Assembly (NCBI RefSeq): GCF_006345805.1
Contig: NW_021828933.1
Coordinates: forward strand, 1-7,266
Direction: 5' to 3'
DNA from: Octopus sinensis
Lineage: Eukaryota
Length of the DNA stretch: 7,266 nt
In this document: positions 1 through 7,266 of the stretch, piece after piece
Position numbering within the stretch: the stretch's first letter is position 1
Layout: every line of letters starts with the position of its first letter
The notes under the pieces: generated by a model
Databases searched by the model: none
What the model was told of the DNA's origin: nothing
What the model saw: only the letters and a program-made list of their open reading frames with translations
Program-made: the position numbers and the translations under genes

Positions 1-94
1 GGAGGTGTGCTCTTGGGGTTAAACATTCGCAGTAGAGTCCATCCGAACAAATACTCATGTTGGTGTGCCTACGAATATTACTTATATATATTTT

Positions 95-153
95 CGTCCA
101 GCCCGTGCTATCACGGAAAACGGATGTTAAACGATGATGATGATGATGATGAT
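95..153 (+). mobile_element. 3' tail remnant of a non-LTR retroposon (RTE-type LINE or dependent SINE) ending in (GAT)7
   Basis: cgtccagcccgtgctatcacggaaaacggatgttaaac is followed by (GAT)7 at 133-153. This resembles an abundant octopus retroposon tail that I recall as ...ggaaaacggacgttaaacgatgatgat. Family assignment is unverified. Confidence 0.5.
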
Positions 154-204
154 ATATCTATCATATATATATATGTGGAGGCACATATATATATATATAT
201 ATGT

Positions 205-489
205 GGAGGTACAATGGCCCAGTGGTTAGGGCAGCGGACTCGCGGTTGTAGGATCACGGTTTCGATTCCCAGACTTGGCGTTGTGAGTGTTTATTGAGCG
301 AAAACATCTAAAAGCTCCACGAGGCTCCAGCAGGGGGTGGTGATCCCTGCTGTACTCTTTCACCACTCTTTCTTCTGTTGGCCTGCTCGCTTAGCCAGTG
401 GGGTGTCGTCATTCGAAGACTAAAACAATGCGAACGCATTGTGACCGGCGATGTGTAACTACATCTGATGGACTGGTCGGTCACGTGAT

Positions 490-496
<7 letters not shown>
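205..496 (+). mobile_element. tRNA-derived SINE, apparently full length
   Basis: The tRNA-like head has a Pol III A box (TGGCCCAGTGG, 215-225) and a B-box-like GGTTTCGATTCC (258-269). A GC-richer body of about 220 bp follows and ends in ggtcacgtgatcacgtga. Both flanks are (AT)n. Confidence 0.8.

Positions 497-529
<33 letters not shown>
496..529. repeat. (AT)17 microsatellite between the SINE 3' end and the LINE 3' end
   Basis: Direct reading. Confidence 0.95.
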
Positions 530-534
<5 letters not shown>

Positions 535-923
535 CATGATAGGTCGCGCCAGCATTAGCGCAGGTCATGTTTAACGTAATCCCACTACCGGGCGAATCAG
601 GATGCGGACAACATGACCCACTCGAGGAGAGAGTTGCTGTTTACGGGGACATATCCTGGTGTTGGAGTTTTATCCGGGATTTCTTGAAGGATTTTTCCAA
701 ATACTTCTTGAACTTTATGGGGGTCTTTTTCTGCTTTAATGTATTTTGGTGTAATGCTAAATGGAGCGGGTCCACTTGAGGTGAAATAATTTTGCCGTAT
801 TGTTGTTATGTGATGCGAGTTTGATTTATGTTGTGGGCAGATAATACGGGGCCCAGGCCTTGGGTATATCTTAAAGCTGATGCCAACATCATTTGGGCAA
901 TGCTGATGAGATATTTTCCACCA
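535..923 (-). mobile_element. 5'-truncated CR1-group LINE: ORF2 C-terminus (923-597) plus short 3' UTR
   Basis: The minus frame 923-597 reads WWKISHQHCPNDVGISFKIYPRPGPRIICPQHKSNSHHITTIRQNYFTSSGPAPFSITPKYIKAEKDP...LQEIPDKTPTPGYVPVNSNSLLEWVMLSAS*. This matches the invertebrate CR1-like C-terminal pattern WKI..PN..GP.LFN.LP..FK..LD.FL..IPD.P..PGY..SNSL (recalled). Both boundaries are approximate, and homology may continue weakly to about 1010. Confidence 0.8.
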
Positions 924-1024
924 TGATTTTGGGAGGCTTTATTATATGTATCGTGCATGTAGTTCTAGTTTTCTGTCCCTTATTTTGCCCCTTTCCAATA
1001 ATATCAGCTGCGCTCTGTAGACAT

Positions 1025-1051
1025 ATTATTATTATTATTATTATTATTATT
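1025..1051. repeat. (ATT)9 microsatellite
   Basis: Direct reading. Confidence 0.95.
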
Positions 1052-1872
1052 AAAACATTCACATAAACGATTATTTGTAAAAACAAATAAAATCTTCTGA
1101 AGTGTGTCAATTGAATAAAGCAGAACAATATTTATACAGTCCAAAAATCAATATCTATAAACAATATCTGAATTTCAACAAAGAAAGTTTTGTATATTCA
1201 CTTAGGGGGAAATGTGCCTGCTTCTTAAGTAGCTCATACAGAGAGATGTATGGCAAAGAAATTGCCAAATCTTATAAAATAAGGGAGTCAAAGGCGACTA
1301 AAGCACCTAGTAATGGTATATGTGTTACTTGAATTATTTACGTTTCCTGGCAGGTTTTTTTCTCTATGAAGATATGTGGCAATATTCCATCAGTATTTGC
1401 AGAAATATAATATATACACTGTTGGTGTGTGTTTGTAGGTTAATTTTCTATGAAATCATTCTTAATATTGACTGATTCGGACTTAGAAGAGTGAGAAAAA
1501 GATGTTGGTAGACAGATAAATTCCACTTAATTCTAAGTAACAGTTTCAAAATGGAATTCATTCACTTCATTATTTAGATCTATATTTTCCTATTGATCAC
1601 AAATCTTTAAAATAGGGAACGAAGAGGGGTAGGTTGGGGGTGAACAGTGAAGTATAACTGGCAACACTACGAATCATGTGAATGTAATCAAAATCGTGTT
1701 CTTTCTTTGATCTCCCGACAACTGCATATTGTTTATTGTGTGGCCTTTGACAAAAACACTAGCGACAGTATAATGTATGGGTAGAATCAAAACGAAATAA
1801 ACATATAAACATGATTATATACAAAATAGAAAATGTACTGGTTTATCTGTTCCATTGCCAGGAAATACTTAC

Positions 1873-2048
1873 TGTGGTGGTAAAAATGCTTCTAATTTTT
1901 TTCTCAAATTTGGGTCCTTAATGAGGTCCAATGGTGTGTTATTTTTGTTGTTTTTATGGTGAAAGTCCGCTCCCTGGCTGGCGAGATATCTCGCAACCAC
2001 TATACCAGAGAGCCTTTCTTCTATTTTCAGGTTAAGGGAAGTGCAGTA
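1873..2048 (-). CDS. 176-nt coding exon with the final ankyrin repeat of a Mind bomb-like protein
   Basis: Acceptor ttttatatttcatcatttgtag|TAC and donor CCA CA|gtaagt, phase 0/2. It encodes YCTSLNLKIEERLSGIVVARYLASQGADFHHKNNKNNTPLDLIKDPNLRKKLEAFLPP. This aligns by eye to the MIB1 pre-RING segment [39 protein letters not shown] (recalled). Confidence 0.92.
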
Positions 2049-2625
2049 CTACAAATGATGAAATATAAAATGATGACAATATTACACAAATATTCAAAAC
2101 AAATGCCCCTAATTACACAAAAGTTCATCTAAATTTACTCATAGCTTGTTTATCCACTAATTAAAGCAATTACAAAGTATTGAGTTTCTACATAATCTTT
2201 AATTGAGTCCATTTCCCATTTTCATGTTTTTACTTTATTTTCAACACTGAGACACCCTCTAAATATATTGTCATTACATTGAGCAGGAGAAACCGTATTG
2301 ATTAACATCAAGCTTATTAATGAGTAAATATTTACTTGTCAATATTCAATAGAAAAGTCAAATTAGGAAGAACAAACCAACAAGAACCTATCTATATAAT
2401 TGGCTTGATAAAGGCGAGCATGTGGCCATAAGAAAGAGTATTGTATATATAAATATACACAACATGAGAAGAAAGAACATAAGTTATATCAGAAACAAAA
2501 ACACCTATAACATAACAAAGTCAATACCACACAGACATGACCAAACATATCAATAATGTTTCTATAATTAAGCAAGAAGCATCTTTGAATGATGACGGTA
2601 AAGTAAAGGAAGCAGGAATTAGTGT

Positions 2626-2835
2626 CAAGTCAGAAGAGTAATGGAGGAGTATTTTTAATCACGGACAAGTGAAATTTGGAAGAGGTGACTTGCAAGTCTA
2701 CCAGATAGATGGAAGAGCATTGTAGACAATGAAGGAGAATATGTTTTAGATTAACAGAAAAAAGTACTTTGTTTATCTTAATTTTGAAAAATATAAGAAT
2801 TATAAAAAACTGCTTCATTTATGAGATGACAGCAA
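2626..2835 (+). mobile_element. Mariner transposon 3' remnant: decayed transposase C-terminus plus probable right TIR
   Basis: Positions 2626-2754 translate QVRRVMEEYF*SRTSEIWKR*LASLPDRWKSIVDNEGEYVLD*. This matches the mariner terminal motif (F..GI..LP.RW..CV...G.YF) and has two internal stops. A degenerate TIR-like aaaaactgcttcatttatgagatgacagc lies at about 2805-2833. Confidence 0.8.
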
Positions 2836-2948
2836 AAAGTCCAGTAGTATTGAAGTCCATACTGTTGATGACATCAGATAGCCGAATACAGTGAACGGGC
2901 TTTAAACAGCATTTTACAAGATATATACTCAAACTTAAAATCACTACT

Positions 2949-3042
2949 TGTGTGTGTTTGTCTGTGTGAGTGTGTGTGTGTGCGTGTGTATGTGCGTGCG
3001 AGTGTGTGTGAGTGTGTGTGTGTGTGCATGAGTGTGTGTGTG
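2949..3042. repeat. Imperfect (TG)n microsatellite
   Basis: Direct reading, with interruptions by tgag, tgcg and tatg. Confidence 0.95.
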
Positions 3043-3550
3043 CTTAAGTACAGAACTTAAATACTGGAAAACTCACTAAGGACCATGCTTTATTGTATTC
3101 ATTCTCTAGTGTTTTAACATTGAACATTGTTATGACATGTCCACAAGAAGTCAGTGGATTCATGTCGGGTACAAGAAGTAGGATAGAGAGCAGTTTCACT
3201 CAGAATTCTCCATAGAATGGACTGGATGTATTTACCATGGCACCAGCATTATAAAGCTCAGACATCTCTTCTATCTTGCATCATTGTTAATTGAGAATAA
3301 TATCTCCTCTTTTAAATAGGCCACTTCTCCGTCACATTGTGATGGCTGTGTTTATATGGCCAACAACCGAGATGGGTCACCTCTCGACCGTGGTGAGACG
3401 ACATCTTCGAGAGTGAAAGGAGATGGAATATTGTTTGTTACATAATATCACTCGGGTCACAAGGGGAGACTGGATCACGGAATGGTAATGGAGGATGGGG
3501 TTGATAGGGGAGAATTGATACATGACAACCAAAGTTTGTCTGCTTGTCTG

Positions 3551-3618
3551 TCTCTTTCTCACACTCACACAAAGACTCACAAATACTCAAATTCACACAG
3601 ACACACAGAGACACACGA

Positions 3619-3667
<49 letters not shown>
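3551..3667. repeat. Compound microsatellite: imperfect (CA)n then about (AT)17, starting about 20 bp into the intron after the 3690 donor
   Basis: Direct reading. Confidence 0.9.
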
Positions 3668-3668
<1 letters not shown>

Positions 3669-3689
3669 GCAAACAATTTAAAAACTTAC

Positions 3690-3899
3690 TTCGTTTAGTA
3701 AATCCAAGGGTGCATCCTCGGAATCAAACACTTCTCTTTCCACGGCCAGGTGCAAACAGCTGTTACCTTCACCATCAACAGCATTTATGTTTGCACCCAG
3801 GGCTATTAACAGGTGTGTCATTCCGAGGTGACCCTGGGAAACGGCTTCAAGCAATGGTGTCCGTTTCCTTTTGTTTTGAATGTCGAACTGAACTGAACC
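3690..3899 (-). CDS. 210-nt coding exon with ankyrin repeats of a Mind bomb-like (MIB1/MIB2 family) protein
   Basis: Acceptor tatttttacttccacaaag|GGT and donor GAA|gtaagt, phase 0/0. The 70 codons are stop-free: GSVQFDIQNKRKRTPLLEAVSQGHLGMTHLLIALGANINAVDGEGNSCLHLAVEREVFDSEDAPLDLLNE. They carry clear ankyrin motifs (TPLxxA, GH, LLIxxGANINAxD, GNSCLHLA). Confidence 0.93.
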
Positions 3900-4304
3900 C
3901 TTTGTGGAAGTAAAAATAGAAAATGAAAATTTACATGAAAATCAGGATGGATATCAATGTGTCATTATTGTCTTCTACTGTATACTTGATCAAACTGATC
4001 ATGTACATTTGATGTTTGCCCGTAAAATCAACCTTCGTAAGATCCTCTAGATGTTGCTATGAGAATGTGTTCTAGACAGGATAAAGATGTCCTAAATAGA
4101 TTGTTTCAGCTTAATCTACCTTTCTTCCTAACTATAGTAAGTTTTAGGGGAGCTGAACACGAGTGAACACATGATTAAAAGATCAAGACTAGTAAAGAAG
4201 AATCAAAATTTGTAAAGTATACTTTTGATGTTGCTATAATTAATAAGAGGTTCATAAAACTGTTGAGGTGGTTAGTGTCCACCACCATGAAATTAATGCG
4301 CGTG

Positions 4305-4406
4305 CACACACACATACACAGAGACACACCCAAATATAAATATATATATATATATTATATATATATATATATGTATCTATATTGTGAGAGAGAGAGAGAG
4401 AGGGAG
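4305..4406. repeat. Compound (CA)n/(AT)n/(GA)n microsatellite
   Basis: Direct reading. Confidence 0.9.
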
Positions 4407-4544
4407 ATATTTATATACATTACTGTTGGATATATAAATATATATGTTGAATGAGGAATATGTAAAATGAAGTTCACGAGAAAATTTATCCATCACAACC
4501 ATTGGTTTGACCCGTGTTGCATCGATTCCTTGCAGGTGGGAAAG

Positions 4545-4646
4545 TTCTCGGTGTCGCTTGGTATGTTGTTGTTGTCAGTAGGTTCTTGGATTATAGCATT
4601 ATAGCCAACAACCTCCTGGCAACATCATGCCAAGCGAAACCGAGAA
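4545..4646. repeat. Inverted repeat forming a ~100-nt fold-back hairpin
   Basis: Manual pairing of 4545-4589 with 4605-4646 gives 36 Watson-Crick pairs, 2 T:G and 4 mismatches over 42 positions, plus a 3-nt bulge. A further stem of about 5 bp closes a 4-nt loop (4596-4599). Confidence 0.9.
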
Positions 4647-4853
4647 TATTTTGTGAGGTTTCCTCTGTAAAACAAGACACCAGATGATATGCATCTGCAC
4701 CGGAAGATGCAACACATCCAATTATACAGTATCCAACCCACAAGTGTCCGATGCAAAATGGGTCAATACTCCATTTACCAATCCCCCATTTGTAATAAAA
4801 CTCAAAAAACCGTGAAATTCCTGAGGTAGACTAAGTGAAAATTATATCATAAC

Positions 4854-4909
4854 GTGTGTGTGTATGTGTGTGTGTGCAGACATACAGACAGACGTGCGTA
4901 CACACACAC

Positions 4910-4948
<39 letters not shown>

Positions 4949-5004
4949 ACATACATACATACATACATACATACATACATACATACATACATACATACAT
5001 ACAT
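4854..5004. repeat. Compound (TG)n/(CA)n/(TACA)n microsatellite
   Basis: Direct reading. Confidence 0.95.
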
Positions 5005-5165
5005 AGAGAAACTGTGCATAGTTTAGCTGTCCAGCGGATGTTGACGTAAAGTGAAAAATAGAATATCTGGAAATAAACTGAATAATGACATATCTATGTA
5101 TATATATGTTTTGATTGTAGAAAAGATAAATCCGGAGAAGAAGCACACTCTAAGATGCAGAGCAG

Positions 5166-5692
5166 TGTATATTTTAAAACTGGGGAAGGCCGGTTTCCGG
5201 GATTACCCTTGGTTTCCGGTCCAAAAAGGATTTAGCTTCAGGGCGTATCATTAGATCCCAAAACCTGTTGGCCTAAGACCTCTTCCAAATATGGAGGGTG
5301 GAAAAGCCGTTCACCTCATACGCCTAATCCCGTCCAATAGCTTTTCCAGCTGCATACGGGTGTATAGTTCGTTGGATGACTTTGGGATGTTATTGCTGGA
5401 GTGTCCGAGGTCAAATTCTTTCATATTTATGGGAGACCCGTGGTTTCAGTGAATATGTAGAAACGCTTCGATGGTGAGATATTTAACAGGAACCACATGG
5501 TCACTGGGATAATCTCTTGCCAGGGAGCTGAAAAGGATCGTTTGCACAAAACGTAAATCCCAGGCTTTTCCCCTTCCATATTTTGAAGAGGTCTTAGGCT
5601 AACAGGGTCTTACGAAACGGTACAAAGCTAAAACCTTTATGAATGGGAAACCCAGAGTAATCCCATAAACCACCCCCAATTTTTAATATACA
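5166..5692. mobile_element. Non-autonomous element with long terminal inverted repeats (MITE/foldback-like)
   Basis: The left arm (about 5166-5308) matches the reverse complement of the right arm (about 5563-5692). The inner block cctgttggcctaagacctcttccaaatatggagggtggaaaagcc matches cctgttagcctaagacctcttcaaaatatggaaggggaaaagcc at about 41 of 45 positions. The spacer is about 255 bp with no recognisable coding motif, and both ends lie in TATA context. Confidence 0.75.
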
Positions 5693-5756
5693 TACATATA
5701 AATGTATAAGTATATATATATATATATATATAAGTATATATGCATGTATGTATATT
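5693..5756. repeat. Imperfect (TA)n/(TATG)n tract
   Basis: Direct reading. Confidence 0.85.
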
Positions 5757-6020
5757 TACTGATTCCTTTTTGATATCTTACTAAATCTCCTTCTCTCTTC
5801 TATAAAAAACTGTTTTGTAAATTATTGTCTTCCATACATTAACATTTTGAAAATAAAATTCTGTTCTTGTATATGTATATTGCATTGAAGAATGGATGTA
5901 AACATGATATTCTATGAACTGAGGTGCTTGTCATTTATACCTGTTTTACTTTGTAAATTGTACGATGGCACTGTATGATTTATAACCTATACACTAATGC
6001 AGACATGTAAAAGAATTTAT

Positions 6021-6177
6021 CAGACAGATAGATAGATAGATACATACATACTTACATACATAGACAAGAAGAGATATAGAGAGACAGACAGACAGACAGA
6101 CAGTTAGACAGACAGACAGACAGACAGATAGATAGATAGATAGATATATATATATATAGATAGATAGATAGATAGAC

Positions 6178-6208
<31 letters not shown>

Positions 6209-6277
6209 CAGAGAGAGAGAGATAGAGAGAGAGACAGACAGACAGACATATAGATAGATAGATAGATATATATATAT

Positions 6278-6322
<45 letters not shown>

Positions 6323-6340
6323 AAGAAATAGATAGACACA
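6021..6340. repeat. Complex (GATA)n/(GACA)n/(GA)n/(TA)n satellite
   Basis: Direct reading; about 320 bp of interleaved tetra- and dinucleotide blocks. Confidence 0.95.
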
Positions 6341-6680
6341 CATCCATATATGGTTGTAGTGAAAGGAGCTTTTTTCCCAACCATACACGGTTCTACTTTG
6401 AATCACTCTGCATGGAAACTCAGGCAAGTATATTCTACTCTTGCCTTGGGCTGAACAAAATCTATGTGTGTGCCTATGTATGTGTCTATGTGTGTGCCTA
6501 TGTATGTGTGCATGGGTGTGTGTGTGGGTGTGTGTGTGCGTGTGTGTGTAGTGGTTCAGCAAAGAGGCTGAGAGGATAAGTGATATGCTTAAAATTAAAA
6601 AAAAGTACTGGGATCGATGTATTTGGCTAAAAATTCGATGATGCCCCAGCATGGCCGCAGGCAAATGTCTAAAACAATTA
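6341..6680 (+). mobile_element. Degenerate tRNA-derived SINE with internal (TG)n
   Basis: The decayed head (tggttgtagtg...cccaaccatacacggttc...caggcaagtatattctact...tgggctgaacaaa) precedes a central TG tract at about 6464-6550. The 3' core is gtactgggatcgat...ccccagcatggccgcaggcaaatgtctaaaacaa. This layout matches a very abundant octopus SINE that I recall; unverified. Confidence 0.7.
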
Positions 6681-6703
6681 ATATATATATATATATATAT
6701 ATA
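6681..6703. repeat. (AT)n microsatellite at the 3' end of the SINE
   Basis: Direct reading. Confidence 0.9.
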
Positions 6704-6972
6704 CATGATATCTGTTATATTTTGGTTCATCTCATAATGACCGTGTTTCATTTGACCATTAAAGATATTATTATCAGTGGTGGTGGTCAGTTGGACTGTC
6801 AACACCGCTAATATCAACATGATCAATATACAATTCCTCCACAAACACAAGGGTTTTGTAGTACATGTGATTAAATCCATCCCCATTATTTCACTGGTAC
6901 ATTGGTAATATTTATATTATACAGATCAATATAATACTGGAGAGTGTATATAATATGTATTTATTAACTAAC

Positions 6973-7009
6973 CTGCTTCAGCATCACAGACACAACACCA
7001 TAGCGTTGG
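6973..7009 (-). CDS. 37-nt internal coding exon of a Mind bomb-like ankyrin-repeat protein (first exon visible in the window)
   Basis: The minus strand reads tttttctttcctcatccattactttcag|C CAA CGC TAT GGT GTT GTG TCT GTG ATG CTG AAG CAG|gttagt, with a long pyrimidine tract, an AG acceptor and a GT donor. Phase is 2 in and 0 out. The peptide QRYGVVSVMLKQ joins GSVQFDIQN of the next exon and completes an ankyrin repeat (compare MIB1 [21 protein letters not shown], recalled). Confidence 0.8.
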
Positions 7010-7266
7010 CTGAAAGTAATGGATGAGGAAAGAAAAACATGAAAAAAAAGCAAACATCACACAGCTTGGGATAATAATTATTAGGTCATTAAAGAAAACA
7101 AATGTAATTAGGTCACAATAACTTAATTACAGCAATTATTACACACATACTCACACACACATATATATTTATTCAATACACACTCTACACAGTAAAACAA
7201 TGATATATACACACCTGAGTAAACCCAGAAATGTAAAGACAGGAAAAATACTGCTAAGAATTCTGA

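Noticed and set aside
205-280. tRNA gene
   Set aside because: A and B boxes are present, but I could not fold a full cloverleaf and the sequence continues into a SINE body.
567-779. 70-aa plus-strand ORF
   Set aside because: It is the antisense of the LINE ORF2 remnant.
1481-1538. Short inverted repeat acttagaa...ttctaagt
   Set aside because: An 8-bp match in AT-rich DNA is expected by chance.
2012-2036. Alternative minus-strand TAG/AAG acceptors inside the 1873-2048 exon, and a plus-strand acceptor-like tttcttctattttcag
   Set aside because: The internal acceptors are phase 1, incompatible with the upstream phase-0 donor. The plus-strand site has no supporting exon chain.
3120-3200. Minus-strand SCGHVIT, resembling the RING PCGH motif
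   Set aside because: It lacks the flanking CxxC pairs and lies between two ankyrin exons, which is the wrong position for the RING.
3482-3913. 143-aa plus-strand ORF
   Set aside because: It is an antisense shadow of the 3690-3899 ankyrin exon plus microsatellite-encoded HT/IY runs.
4590-4832. Open minus-strand frame of about 80 codons with hydrophobic stretches, vaguely transporter-like
   Set aside because: No convincing motif appears without assuming several frameshifts. It overlaps the inverted-repeat complex and is not needed for the ankyrin splice path.
5495-5550. Faint resemblance of cactgggataa...gagctg to large-subunit rRNA
   Set aside because: Only a few short words match, and there is no extended rRNA similarity.
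4831-6384. Several ORFs of 62-128 aa with YVCM, HT and LSIY runs
   Set aside because: Those at 4831-5146 and 5994-6384 are stop-poor translations of simple repeats. The 5051-5254 ORF runs into the TIR element and has no recognisable motif.
6104-6886. 260-aa minus-strand ORF with a hydrophobic, signal-peptide-like start
   Set aside because: Most of it is translation of (AT)n, (CA)n, (TATC)n and an antisense SINE. It has no domain and lies within an intron.
7212-7266. Possible upstream exon ending ...TTACTCAG|gtgtgt
   Set aside because: The donor is weak and the translation (RILSSIFPVFTFLGLL) is not ankyrin-like, so it is probably intron.

Overview
This is AT-rich, microsatellite-dense animal genomic DNA. 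The SINE types and repeat landscape resemble octopus/coleoid cephalopod DNA; this rests on recalled repeat families, not a search. The window lies inside one minus-strand spliced gene that the ORF track misses. Three GT-AG exons (6973-7009, 3690-3899, 1873-2048) join in compatible phases into 140 complete codons encoding the last ankyrin repeats of a divergent Mind bomb (MIB1/MIB2)-like protein. The start and the expected RING exons are not in the window. The introns hold two tRNA-derived SINEs, a retroposon 3' tail, the 3' end of a CR1-group LINE, a mariner 3' remnant, a ~525-bp element with long terminal inverted repeats, a ~100-nt fold-back with extra outer inverted arms, and many microsatellites. 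Almost all listed ORFs are simple-repeat artefacts or antisense shadows of real elements. I see no clear new biological system. The best leads are the divergent MIB-like paralog and the two intronic fold-backs.
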